A stretch of 64,000 nt of DNA from Raillietiella orientalis (lineage: Eukaryota). Positions 40,901 through 55,197 of this stretch are shown in pieces; position 1 is the stretch's first letter, and each line of letters begins with the position of its first letter. The translations under genes were made by a program, and so were the position numbers. The DNA is taken from NCBI GenBank assembly GCA_036172245.1, contig JAYWIR010000017.1, positions 1,302,001-1,366,000 of the forward strand. Direction: 5' to 3'. Below the pieces are notes generated by a model, which saw nothing but the letters and a program-made list of their open reading frames with translations, was not told the origin of the DNA and made no database searches.

Positions 40901-43900
40901 TATGCAATGCCACTTAATACATTATTCATAGCGCGATCTTGCTATCACTATTTCAGAGCACACTCTTTATCTCTTACCTTCCTTTATCTTCAAAGCACCT
41001 ACATTTTCTCAATGCTCTGAAACCGGGCACATGAAAATGGTCCACCCCTCCTCGACTTACCCTTCCACTTCCGAATGTTCGTGATTTTTTGCAACATCCA
41101 GTCCCTCGTTCACATCCCTCCGAATCTTACTTCCCAGTGTATAGAGGGAGAGAGACGAAGAAGAGTTTCTAGACGAAAACAGTATGATGGAGCATTCCAT
41201 GATCACTCCCTAGATAGTTGCTTCTATTATTTGCTTTTCATTCGTTGGGGATTCCACGACTGTGCAGCCTGAAGGTCACACTTCCGTCTGGAGTTCCGAG
41301 GAAAACTTTCCTCCCGATTCTTCACTCTGCACCCTCTCATTGGCGGGAGACAGACTGTGCTCGAAACCTCGAGACCTGATGCGAGATGGTTCAAGTTAGC
41401 AGGATTTTCTCTAGCAAGCTAAGGTCTCGTGACTAGCGTGCCCACTTCCGATACAGACGCAGCAACTCTTGCAAGTCAGTAGGCAAGTACGTTCCAGTCC
41501 TCCTTTTCTTCTTCCTCGTTTGCTTCCGAAAATCTATGAAGACTACGCACATGGCGCCTTCCATCGCCACCCCAAAATGTGTACCTGAGGAAACGGCAAA
41601 GTGATGACAAGGCATGCAAGGAAGAAAATACAAGTATGATATTAACAATAATCTGTGGCAATAACACCGGAAATGGAGCTAGTTAGCACCATACAATTTA
41701 CACTTCCTGGATTGTTCCCACCGGTGACGAAGGTGGGAGTGAGTTGCAGAAATTCTACTAGAAAATTGAGATCGTAGGAACTCGGAGCAACTGCTTGGAA
41801 ATGAAAGCACCGATTGTTCAAATCATGCCACGAATACGCTAGAAGTGTAGAGGTACAAGAGGTACATAACGCTTGAAAAGGATCTTCAAGGAGGCCTCGC
41901 ACGTCCACTGATGAGGGCGGTATGGCGATTGCCCTTCAGATGTTCACTTGATCACCGGAAAAAAAACAAAAACAAAGTGCTGTGTGCTTGGAGATTTGTG
42001 GGGAAAAAAATTAAAAAATAACATGTGTCGGATTCTACAACCTGACGAGCGGAAAGTATGCGTGTCTGTAAAGGCACACTTGGAGGAAGGGATCCAGCGA
42101 ATTGAATTGAATTTTGACAGCAATTGATTCGTGAGTGCGTTCAGTAAAAGAAGCCATCGTTCAACTGCATTACATAGGCTCATGGAGCGTTCTTAAACCA
42201 AGGACACAATGGAATCATGTGCACTGACTCGGTGATGATTCCTGTTTAGTTGAAGAGCAGATGTAAATTTTCCCAGAGAGCAATCTAAGGCGGGATGCCA
42301 TCCAAAAGAAACACAGTTGCTATAACTTCGGATATCTGCTTTATAGATGGGTGCACAGTTGACTGTGTATTTTCTCCTTCTTCTTCATTTCCTCTGCAGA
42401 TTCATTCATTCAGCACCACTGCTTTCTCGTCTTTCATTTGCGAAGCGGCAGATAAGTGTTTGAAAGAAAGCAGCGTGGTAAACAAACACCAATGTTGAGG
42501 AATTCCATAAACTTTGCATCTTCCATACTCTCTGATGCTCAGCATAACGAGCATTCTCATTGTACAGTTACCTCTTATTCTATAGTTATATTCAATTCAT
42601 TCCCAGTGTATAGCTACCCTCAGTAAATGGTTACATTCGTGCTTGCATTCCGAACCGTAAGCAGGACAATGCTCCTAATCCAAGGAAAAATCCGAAAGCT
42701 CACACATGAAACAAGTTACGATTCATATAAAGATGGTGTTCTAACTCGAGATCCCTGTCATCCCAGTGAACCCGTCCGCATCTTCCAAATCCTCATTTTT
42801 TTATAGCTCCCTTCTCTCCTTCGATTTATGAATACCGAAAAGATTCCCTCCCTCCTTCTTTTCATTCGGGAAACAACCCTGAGATGTGTCGTGTTTCGTA
42901 GTGTATAATAAATGAATTTGCTGAGTACGCCAGATGCCCTGGACTCACGCGAGATTTTTGCACCTCTGCGACTTTTTTTTAGAAAAGGTTAATGGCTTCA
43001 CAATTAAAAGTTCTTGTACGAAGAGAATATGAGATCACGATGCTGTAAACTTCAAACTTCTGTTCCCGTTTTTTTTTTTTTTGTATACTATCTGAAAAAT
43101 GAGGAAAAAAACACCTGTCAGATTTTGGAACTCGCAAGATCTCTTTCATGACTCATCTGCCATTCGAGAATTTCAAATTCGAAGAGGCCTATTTACTCCC
43201 ATCGTCTCAGCTCCTCCGCAACAGTACTCATCATCCAATACGTTTATCAATATGAGACGGGTTTCTTGGTCAGACTGCTTTCACGTCTGTTTTCCCAAGA
43301 GTCGCTACTGCAGATCAGTCCCACCATCATCTAACCCTTGTGGACCACAGTAAAGTATCAAGCTAAATGCTCGTTTTCTTTGATTATAGACTTGAATTTT
43401 CCAAGTGAAAAGATTCAAAGAAAGTTCAAGAGTGTGAATGGTTTTCCACAAAGAATCCCCTCATGAAAATTGGCACAGTCAGAGAGAACGAAAACTGGTG
43501 GATGAGCACGAGAGCACAAGAGCAGCTGTCGGAAATGCTTGTGTTTCAGATATTACACCATGATGTTAAACTCTTTGAGGAACAAAATGATATTTATAAT
43601 GAATTTATCGGTTCCCTACCATATTAATAGATTAGTTTGATTTGTTCCTCGAACATTTTCTTCTTACTACATCTTTTCTTTTTTCTTCTGAACTTGAAGC
43701 AAGCATGCATCTGTTGGGAAAGAAAACAAGAAATATTGGATAATTTTTCCTCCTCAATCAGTAAGCGTTTTCCTAGTGACAAAAGTGAACTGATTGGTTT
43801 GTGTCACTCTATCCAAAATAAGACCAAAAACATGTTTCCTCTCTACAAATTATGAAAATGAAAATTGTTTTATTGTTCAATTCATGAGAAATGCCTGCCA

Positions 43901-46900
43901 AATCACTTAAGACGTTCACCTTCTTTGACTTCATACTGTGCGAAAAGGTGTGCAGCACATCTCTTAGAGTCACACAAGTGACCAATCCTCGAAGCAATGT
44001 ATCTTATTGGTATCGAGTATACCAATAACGAAACGCTCACCAAGGAAATAACGAACGTTATTTCCTTGTATTTCTTGCAAACATGCCGTATAGTTTCTTA
44101 TACAGTGTTTTTCATAATCAGTGAAGGAAATTCGTCCCGATTGTCTCTGCTGTACCAAAAGCATCTGTCTAATGTGCTTCATTATAACGAATCAATATTA
44201 AATCCTTGGAGAGAACCCCTGTAAACAAAATTAAAACATGAACTTATGAATAACATTTCATCAAAAACACTTAACACTTAAGTGACAAAATTGAAATCCG
44301 AAAGCCGAAATTGCTTTCATTTCGGCTTTGACACCAACAGTATTTTATAGCCACCTCTCTTTCTAAAATTGAAATCAAAATAAATAATCTAAAATGTAGT
44401 TTAACTGCATTTGAATAATAACTCAAATCAAGTCCCAATGTCTTCCTTGAATTTCTGGTTTTTGTCAAGCTCAACAGAGAAAAATCATTGCACTCGGTTC
44501 TGATTCAGTCGTTTTCCCCATTCACAAAAACAATTTTTAAAAAAATAATGTTTCACGTTCTTTAGATCTGACTTGAATTTACCTTGAACTTGTTTAAAGA
44601 TTTCCCAATGACTGAAAATTTTTATTTCTACACGAATAATTACCTTAGAAAAATTGGCAATGCTCAAACTACTGTTTTTTGCATTCACCCTCATGCAAAA
44701 TAATTTGGATTCCGAATGGCGGAATTTTGCTGGCACTTACAAATTATGTCAGTCGCTAACATTTTTGAAAAGTCATTGGTGAAGTGTGTTATTTATATTT
44801 ACTACCCTTACCTTTCCGATTTCCATTATCGTGCCCATTTATTTTGCCAAATGTAGTAGCGGTTCATAAATCAAAGCATAAATGAAATGTTAATCAGTAA
44901 CATGAAATATGAAAAGAAATGGCGGAAATAACTGCATTCCCAGCATTTCCTTTTTTTTTCGTCCTGTAAGGAAGCTGGTTTTTTTTTTTTTGTTTCGGCA
45001 GGATCCCTCGACCCAAAAAAGTATGTGAGCCACCCTGGAAACGCATTGCATTACATAAATTTCATTTTTCCTGTTAGCACCTGGGGTTTCCACCATTCAA
45101 CAGGAAGCCTTCCTGTCGATGCATTGGCACTTGCCAAATAGCATCGCTTTCATTTGGCTTATTTAGCAAAATCGTGAAAACTGAGATCTCCTCTCATTCA
45201 CTTTTTCTATTAGTTTATAGATGCAATTGCTTCTACCAAGTTACGGAATGATCCCCGAATCGAATGTTCTGATTGCACTAAGAGGTGCAGCCACGTGACT
45301 GGAAAACGATGGAGAAATTCTCAAACGTGGAGTGGCTTTTTTCCGGAGGGATGGGGTGGGCTGGGCTGGAATGTATTGCTAATGTTTGAAAAGGGAAATT
45401 CATGGCGATTTTGCATTTCCGCAGAGCCAATTGACCAGGAACACTTTTAAATTTTGATGTGCGTCCAGGAACTCGGGTTTTAACACCGTAGCATCTTCGA
45501 AGTCTCAAAAGTCCTGCAAGTGAAACCTACACTATAAAGTGTATGCATACGCTCAGAATATACACTTCCGTTTCTGATTACAATATAGAAGTAAGTTGTG
45601 GCGTGTACTGAACTGTTATGTATCCACTGTGAAGAAGTGACATGATTCATTGTAGCATTTACGTCCGTAATTGTGTTCCCACGGCATTTGTTGAGTTTTA
45701 ACATGTTCTTGTTTCGGGTGTCAACGCAGTTTTGTGTCAAGCTTGCATCTTAAAACACTGAAGCTGTACAGCCGGTTTCTTGTAATTGGATGTCGGTGAT
45801 TTGCAAAGTGTATCCCAATTTTCATAGTGCTCATTGTCTCGCTCTTAAATACATTTTCGAATACATTTGGATTTAATCTTCGGTTCATTTGCAAAAGATT
45901 TGTAAATATAGTTAAATTTTTCAATCGATCATTAATTTGGAATTAAAGTGTAATCCGAAGCATACGAAATAAGAGTACGATGCTGTTGACTTTATTTTGT
46001 GTACTAGTAGTAGTATTATTATGCGTATTGTTAAAATTTAATATGCAGTGTATATAGACAGAGAAAACGATCACTCTAAATGATGAAATAGCCTCCATCA
46101 AGTTTCTTCTCTCTTGATTATTGCTGTAGTCGTTGGATGATGATGGGGCATGTAATCGTTGTACATGAACATAAAAGTGTTTATCATGTGATTATCAGAA
46201 TTATGTATTTTGTGTACTGTAAATTGCAATAGTAAATTGCAATAATCTTATACATTTCAAGTAATTGCAGCTGTTGTTACTTTAAGCATGGTAGTCCAAA
46301 GGGTTCTCCAAAACTAATTCTAAATTTGTGTATTTAAATTGATTTTAAAAACATGAAAACTAACACTGTGTGGTAGAAATTGCACAATTGCAGGTGGGTA
46401 TCAACAGTATACATAAGTGTGCATATTGTATACATAAGTGTTCATTTCAAAATGTAGTAAATGTCGGGATCCACATTTTAATTGCCCTTGTTTGTGAAAA
46501 ATTTGTAGGAGCACTAGACATTTGACAGCATTGCATAGTATCCGTCGGAAATTCGAAAAAATCCAAAGTGAGCATTACCATTTATTTTGTTTGAACAGTT
46601 CATAGAAATTTATTTAATACTTGGCATTTGTTTTGTGACAAGCACATTGTCTACCTAGCATTTTCACGCCCTTACTGATTTTTTAAAATACACAGTTTGT
46701 ATATCATTAAATATCAAAGGTATATCCAATATTTTGTATGATAAAGTTAAAAACGCATGTTTTTATATTCTGTCATTGTAGTTATTTACGCAAACATTTT
46801 TCATGATCATAATTTAGCAAATCCTTGCATTGAAATTATGAAGTGTTCAACATATCATTTTGGTTAGATCTTTGTTTCAATGATTTCTTTTAGCATGTTA

Positions 46901-47132
46901 GGCAAAGACAAGTTTGATTAGATAAGTTTGTAGTTGTTGTGGACTTTGGGGGATAATTAATTGACAATGATCATTATTGCATTGCATATTTAATTTTTAT
47001 ATATTAGAAAAATCATATGCGGAGAATTATTATGCTAAGAGTTTTTTGAATGCTTATTATTTTATGTGCAGAATCTCCAACTGATATTTGGCGTGTACTG
47101 CATGTGTCGAGTATTTACTTGTATTTCTGATC

Positions 47133-48655
47133 ATGGCTTCAGCTATGCTGTTAGAAAGAGCTGTTTTGAACCCTGAAAAAAATTGTGGTAAAGAGGAGCA
47201 AGAGAATGGTAGAGAAAAAGCTACTTTGCAATCCAGAAAAAAAGAAGGTAATTTGCACATTTGGATTTCAAGTGTATTGTTTGCAGATAACACCTCACTT
47301 CCATTATTGCTACATGTGAATGATGAAATGAGCGAAGCAGAAATTTTAGAAAAAGAGCAGCAGATTCTGAAATTGGGAGAACAGTTTCACAAAGAAAAGA
47401 AAGCAGATGGTTAGAACAACATGTTGTGGGTATTATCTATTGTTTTGCAGAATTGGGAGAACTTATCAAGGCTACTCGTCCTTTTCTCAACTATGTCAGT
47501 AAAGCTAAGGCTGCCAAATTGGTACGAACACTGGTAGACCATTTTCTTGACATGAATGCAGGCACAGGCATAGAAATCGATCTTTGCAAGGTATTTTGTA
47601 TTTGTGTGATATCAGGTTCTCATCCTTCCCAGGAATGTATTGAGTGGACTAAACAAGAAAAAAGAGCATTTCTGAGACAATCTTTAGAGGCCCGTTTGGT
47701 AGCTTTATACCTAGATACAGATCATCATGCAGAAGCATTACAGTTGGGGGGAACTCTTTTAAAAGAGTTGAAAAAATTGGATGACAAGAATTTACTAGTG
47801 GAAGTCCAGCTCCTGGAAAGCAAAACCTATTATGGTTTGGATAACTTGCCCAAAGCAAGAGCTTCTTTGACATCTGCACGCACCACTGCGAACACCATCT
47901 ACTGTGCACCAAAATTGCAAGCAGCATTAGATTTGCAGGCAGGAGTGTTGCATGCAGCTGATGAACGTGATTTCAAGACTGCTTATTCATATTTCTATGA
48001 GGCATTTGAAGGTTATCATAGCATTAACAGCCCATATGCCTTGAAAACTCTTAAATACATGTTATTGGCAAAGATTATGCTCAACAAGTGAGAGTATAAT
48101 TAATTAGGTTAAATATTAATTGCTTACAGCCCAGAGGATGTGCCTTCTATCTTAAGTGGCAAATTAGCTCTTCAGTATGTTGGTCGTGACATTGATGCCA
48201 TGTGTGGTATAGCAACTGCCAGCCAGCACCGCTCTTTGGCTGATTTTCAGAAGGTTAGTTGCTATTTACATGATTTACATTCATATTCAGAAATTTAGAG
48301 TGTCAAAGAATACCAGGCAGAGTTAGAACAAGACCCAATCATTCGCAAACATCTTGCTACTTTGTATGACACCATGTTGGAGCAAAATTTATGCCGAATC
48401 ATTGAGCCATACTCTCGTGTTCAAGTTGATCATATCGCCCATGTAATTAAGCTTCCCCGTGCTCAGGTGGAAAAGAAATTATCCCAGATGATATTGGACA
48501 AAAAGTGTTCTGGTATCCTTGACCAAGGAGAAGGAGTCTTAATAGTGTTTGAAGATGTTCCACATGATCAAACTTATGAAGCTGCATTAGAGACTATTCA
48601 AAGTATGAACAAAGTTGTGGACACACTATTTCATAGAGCTAAACAGTTGACGTAA
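47133..48655 (+). CDS. Rpn6: 26S proteasome lid subunit Rpn6/PSMD11, ~437 aa; join(47133..47247,47287..47409,47451..47590,47633..48087,48130..48253,48299..48655)
   Basis: Conserved Rpn6 blocks include [64 protein letters not shown] and the PCI-domain end [26 protein letters not shown]...[22 protein letters not shown]. Five GT-AG introns (39, 41, 42, 42, 45 nt) give a 1314-nt open frame. ATTAAA is at 48703. Intron 1 is the least certain because it is in frame and stop-free. Confidence 0.97.
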
Positions 48656-51600
48656 CCTTACTGTTCTTATTACAGATATACCCATTGGTTTCAGGTCCAC
48701 TCATTAAATCATTCTCCAATTTTTTATTTGGGGAATCAAGGGAGTGGAAGTGTTTCAATGTATGCAACTTAGTTTCTGTTTGTTATCATCATAAATTCAA
48801 GTGAATAGTATTTAAAATATCTTTCAGATACCCATTGGTAGTGACTGTGGTCGTTGTTTTGTTTTTATTTTTTATTTTTTTTTTGTAGAAAGTCATTATT
48901 TAAAAAACAAGTTACTAATGTTGCATCACAGTTACTTCCAGATTTTCAAATTTTAAAATGCTTTCCAACAGATGATCTCATGATGGTTTGTGATACTCTT
49001 GAATAGCATGTCAAGTTCTAACAGTTTTTAAATTTGGAATTTTTTATTGATGTTCCAATGATTAGCTTTTGGTTACAGTTTTTGTGGTTGTGAACAACAC
49101 AAAAACTTGTAAGAGCACAGTATCTGTCAGATTACTTTTAATTCATAATCCCAAGTTTGAACTTTTGCAGGAATGACTTTATCACAAACCCAATGGTACA
49201 TATCTATTTTCAGAATTTTGCAAGCTTTTCATGGTTTTCTTTTCATTACTGAATTTGTTGGGTTCATTCTTTATATTTACACGTGTAATTGTGAATTCCA
49301 AACACTGGATAATTATTCAATTATTCACGCCTTGGGTACCTGGGTTTGAAAATTTGTCCGCGATTTCGCCGAAGAATTAACCAGTGCTATTGTAATTAGC
49401 ATTAGTAATAAGCTGATTACATTGGTTGTCTGTTAATTTTAGTAAAAAATAAAATAAAATAGCGATTCACACGGTATCTTAAAAGTGACCGCGCTGACAC
49501 AAGCTTGTATGCTTTCCGTACAAGAATTTCTAGGAGAATAATCAAAATCAATTCTTGTAAGCATTAAGCTATCGTGCCTGAAGAGCTTTTAGTCTGGAAC
49601 GGCTTGCTTCCAATGTTTTGTAAGTTAAAACAATAGTTGCACCAGTTTTCACCAACTCTTGCGGACACTCGCTGTAACACCATCTTCGTCGTCAAGTAAA
49701 GAAACTAACCTTGCATGCTAAATCAAAAAAGGCAATCATGTTTTCTTTGCTTGGAACTAAGGCGTGACGAACAGAATGCACACATTTCTGTAAAATGCAA
49801 ATTGCATGTTGGCTCTACGTATGCTCGATCATGTACTATGTGCTATCACCTAACTTTTTTATTTCCTCTGATGTGTCTGTTTTATGATTCATTAAGCAAA
49901 CATGCGCTTTCTTCGTTTCTCAACTTCGAGTTGAACATTAAGCGAGTAGTTTAATAACTTAATTTAGAATAAATAATTTAGATCTACATGCCCTTATGGT
50001 CCATCAATAACATGAATACGAAAAAAAGTATGTGTTGATTAAGAGAAGTTGACCATTCCTTCTGATGTAAACTCAAAATGCCCAACAGCCCTCCGTCTCG
50101 TATTTACAGAATGCACTTGTTTTCAATAGGAATTATTCTTGAAACATTTGCAATCGTTTTCGTGTCTTGAAATTATTGTTTGAATTGTAATCTCTGAGCA
50201 GAAGCGCTGCTTATTTCTAAATAAATACTCGAGTTTAATTCTCACAAATAAATATGAACCCTTTTTCCACAAGTAGAATTCTAAATAGACTTTATCATTG
50301 GCATTACTTGTACCAGCATTCCCATGTAATGAATACGTTGAAGATGCAAAAGGCAAAAGTTTAAACAGTTGTTTGTAATAATCAGATGCTACTATGAAGA
50401 CTGAGTGAAAGTTAAATATATTCTGAAACCCATAGATTGAATCCATAGACGCCTTGAGAATTACTTCCAGAAATAATTTCGTTTGCTTTTTCCATTATAT
50501 AGCTTTCCATTATATTTCCATTCTCCATATTTTAATACCGACCTCTCAATTTATTGAAACAGTGGTGTCAAACAAATGCTTGAAGTCTGATTCGTTAAAT
50601 TAAATAAGCTATAGGTGTTTCACACTTGTAACCTATTTGAGTTGGTACTTTTAACATAGAATGTAGTGATTTTTTTCACATCTATGTTAAAAACTGCATG
50701 TCCTTTTTGTTTTGTTTCGTTTGAAGATGAAAGTTCACTTTTCAGTAACTCATTACGATAATTCAGTTTTTCATTTCATTTTCAATAATTTGCAATGTTA
50801 GCCTAGAATCTCCTATTTCTACACAAAGAGTATTTTAAGAAAATCAAATAACATATTTAATTCCAAATGTGTGTCCATCATCGTTGAATTCTGAGCATCC
50901 AATCCACTTATATCACAATAAATGAGGTACCCAAAGGAATACTCCTAAAATATTTCCTTTAAAAATTTATTTCATCTGGAAACAATAATCAGATGATGAA
51001 GAAAGTGTTTAGTTAATAAGTCAGAGAGAATTCAAGATTTGGAGTTGCATTGCATTAACACCGCAAACAGAATATCCTCTAGCAAATTATGATTTCATCA
51101 GTAAACAATAATGTTTCATTTTTATATGAAAACTTGATGGTGACTAAACATTTCATTAGAATGTAACCTCGCATCGAAGCACAATATAAACCACTTAAAA
51201 ATGAAAGGAGGAAGGAAAAGGAAAGAATGCCAAACTTTCCCTGAACCAGTGATTTTCTCGAAATATAAGGTCACGAAATCCTAAGCCCAGAGACATAGAG
51301 ACATACTGTAAGGGATGGTCTCACGATGTGGACTCTATTCAAATAAAGGTGTGTTCGTGAAGAGTAGCTGTTTCTGGCCCTTTTGCATAAAATTCCTGAA
51401 TTCCTCATCTACTAAAGGTATTTTTTTAAATATTCTTAACTAAGCAAATATATTGAAAACATTTTTGATTTTAATTAACAAATTTGGGAAATAGGGTAGG
51501 TATTGTGTCAGAAGAGATTTACATTAATAAAACTTAAACTGCTGAAAGGCTTCTTATCCTCAGGAAAACTTTCTCTTCTAGTATGTACAACTCATTTACC

Positions 51601-54600
51601 GAAAAGAATCAATTAATCATCATCCCATAGCAGCGTTTTCAAATCAGTTGGAACTGCTCCTTGCCTCATTTTTCCCTCCAGCAGAATCCACTATTTAGCC
51701 CATAGAGCTAAAAGTCAGTAAAATATAGAGCTTTGTTAGAAAAGTACCTTATGATTCAAAGTTTTGTTTCGAATCTTCACTTGAGAAATTTCTCAAAGAA
51801 TGCTCTCTATATACCGACCTGCAATGCAGAGAAATTAAATCACTATGCAAATATGAAGTAATAGAATCGTTTGCAGGGAACAATATATTTAAAAAAAAGG
51901 CACAATATATTTAAAGGAAACAGACAAACAACGTTTCGGCATAGGTTTGTGTGAACATTTCTCCCAAGAAGCCTAGGCGAAAATATTCATTTGACAAAAA
52001 TCCATGTGTCGGAAATCAGAAAGAAGTGGAAAATTCATACTTTTGCGTATTACGGTTTCGAAAGCTCAATTATTTCCTTTGACATAAAGTTAAGAATATG
52101 AAAAATTTATGCTCAAGCCATTGTGCTCTTAGAATCGCAACCATTAGTTTTTAACAACTTGATATTTTCACATAAACACTATTAGAATAAAGTAAAGCAA
52201 CTATCATAGTAAGGGTGCATAAAATGAGATCCCAATACCAAACCAACCAGCAAGTCAAAACTTGCATTTTCTATCACATAACTGATAGGCTATTAGACAG
52301 GTGGTGATATGTGATGTTCAAAGTCAGTTAATATGAGATGTCGTGACAGTAGTTTGAAATGAATTTGATAATTTCCACAATTTGTTGAAATAACAGTACT
52401 TTTCTAGAAATATGTCTTAAAAATAATTAATAATCAGTTACTTCACCAGGCAGAATTCTACCATTTGATTACATCGGATTCTCATGATAGAGAACTTTTT
52501 TTAAAAAATGATTTCCTTCTTTCGTACTGGAAGTGCCATTTTTGCTGATGATCAAATTACATTGTATGGAAGCAGATTGTTTCATGTTTTTGATGTTCTG
52601 CTTGGAAGAACGATGATCGATATAATGAGAGTAAGGAGGCTAAGTTTGTTTTAGGATGGCGTGGGTAAGGGTTAATTTGGTTTCGTGACTTTTTATGAGA
52701 ACTGCACTCTATGAAAAGAAGTGTGTATTGTATTCTCATATACTTCATAGAATCCCATTCATAAAACTCGGTACGTTTCCTTGAAATGTTGCATTGTTTC
52801 GCAGAATGACCCATTTTTCTTTCGAATTCCCAACAGTACATATTTCATGATTATATTCTTTTCAAACATTAAAACACCCAATTTTTTTTTTATCATTCAG
52901 CATGAACTTGTGAAGGTCTGTTTTCGTTGGCATTTTTGTTTCATTTCTATTTTCTTTTATTTTCATGAAATTAATCACCCACTTAATTGAAGATCTGAAA
53001 ATGGTATAATTTGTTAAATTAGAGCTTTGGATGGTCACGATCATCATCAAGTTTCTGTTCTTTTTGAAGTTCCTATCCTTTTTTGAAGTCCCTTGGTCAA
53101 ATTTAGATGCAAATATTTTCGGAATGTACATATTTTTTACACAGACTTAATTTCGGTTTCTTTTTTCCTCATCCTAGTTTCGAGTTCAGTGAGTATACAT
53201 AAAACCTTTCATGAGACGTTCGTGTTTTTCATATAATAAACCAATCAAATATTGTATCTGTATTTGAAAGTACTATAAGTATATACAGAATAAAATTGAA
53301 ATATCAAAAAGTAATTACCTAAAGTAATTACATCATTTAAATTGCTGTTTTATAAGTATCTGTTATAATGGTAGATATCGATTTTAGTCGAGCAATTGTG
53401 GTCAAGTGTGAAAAATAAAAATATAATCTCTAAATGATGGGAACAACCAATGCAAATATAAATCGACTCTGTTTTCTTAAATCCTGTCATAAATAAATAG
53501 CATTACGAGGAAAGAAGTTTCCGGTATATTAAAATTGGAATTTTGAATCCAAAGTGATTGACTGATCGAAGGCAACCTCATGGTTGTTTCCCATGAGGAA
53601 TGACATTGAGGGAGGCACACTGTTGGGTGAAATACTTCAAGGTGATGTACTGAATTTTCTAATGGAATCATATCAACCATACCATGGCTCTTTAATGAGT
53701 AAAAATAATTGTCATTAATTATCTTCTTTCGTGTACCAGCACTGTGCCCGGGTGATATCGCACTCTGGATGTTATCCATTCATATGTTTTCAATGTTATC
53801 CATGAAATTGGCTTATACAAAAGAGATTTCGTAAAGAATTAGTTATTTTGGTGCATTATTTTATTACATTGCTTAATTTGTTTTCAGAATTCGTCTGTGA
53901 ACAATGTAGTTAAGCATATAAGTATATGCTACATATTTATAAATGCAATTGATAAATGCACTAGTGAACAAGAAATAAAATCGGATATCAATGGTGAAGT
54001 CTTCAGTTTTGAAGGATATAACTCTGAAGCATGGCTAACCCTAGACGAACATTGCTTTTGTCAACCTCTTAATGAAGTGAATAAAATTTTCTTTAAAGCT
54101 GTTGAGCAAGTTTTGTAAATTTTTCATTTTTTTGAAGTTATTGCCATATTTGGCATTAAGAATTAATAAATTTATCAGTGTTTAACTCAACAAAACAAGT
54201 TAATAAATTTTAGTGGTAGATTTATCTCCTGAACATATTCACCTCTAATAATAACGAAATTAAATCAGATGAATGATTAGTTTATTTCAGTCATTTCATA
54301 TAGGAAAAAAATTCCACATATTTCATTAGGAATCAATGTCTCTAATCACTTCGATATGAAATTCATTGAAGTACCCTTATGATCACAAATTTGATTTTGA
54401 ATTTAGAATTATGATTTTTTTTATAATATCAGATCTCTTTAAGAACCAAAAAATTGAAAAAAGGGAATGTGTTCCATTGTATTCTAAATGTTTCGAGATG
54501 TATTTGCATTGTCAAAACTCCAAAAACTCTATGGTGGTATCAGAATGAGACTTTGTAGTTACGAAATAGCACAAAATGAATAAGATAACCCACTATAGAT

Positions 54601-55102
54601 ATTATATAACATGATGAATATGACATTCTACCACGCTATACTCAATGTTAATGACTAAAACATAATGAAATCAGTGCAATACTACAAATAATGCTACTTA
54701 ATTATATTTTCACTACTACATTATGCATATTTATGGCAACACGTTATGGTCAAACCCTTTTTTATCCGTAAATTCTGTGTGGGTATTCAGTACTGTGTTA
54801 TGCGATGCATTTTGGGAAGTGGACACGAAACCCATTTGCACCATTATGTTCAGTACATTTGATTTGCACTAAAATGTAAAGATCCTTTGTAGTAATTTAC
54901 TCTGGAGTAGTGGTAACATTTTGTATTGGAAATTTTATCGTATTTCCTGTAATGTTGTGTAGGTTTTATTTCAGTGCAATGGCGATCTAACACCGCAATC
55001 TTGTGAAAAAGACACCACATGAATTGAAAACACCTATGGGTAATTTTCAATAGCGGTTTCTGCGAAATGACGTTGACTGTCATTAGATACGTGTCACGAC
55101 GG

Positions 55103-55112
55103 CAACATGGCG
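55103..55112 (+). promoter_or_regulatory. YY1-like CAACATGGCG motif in the presumptive Sec62 promoter/5' leader
   Basis: It lies ~90 bp upstream of the Sec62 ATG in a small CpG-containing patch. A strong acceptor (TTTTGTTTATAG, ends 55195) just before the ATG suggests the first exon is here. Confidence 0.3.
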
Positions 55113-55197
55113 CTAAACTGTGGTTTTGTTTTTGAGAAAGTTCTTATTGATTATTCTTCGAATACAGTTTTATAATGACCACCTTTTGTTTATAGAA

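Noticed and set aside
41908..41940. CTGATGAG followed by a GGGC...GCCC hairpin (hammerhead ribozyme-like)
   Set aside because: The stem is followed by TTCA rather than the required GAAA. Other CTGATGA hits checked also lacked a complete core.
49715..53131. Scattered 70-107 aa ORFs between Rpn6 and Sec62
   Set aside because: No recognisable domains, and no consistent splice-phase chain could be built.
54040..54070. HCFCQ resembling the Ero1 N-terminal CFCQ motif
   Set aside because: The following G..DDC.C motif is absent and the ORF ends shortly after.
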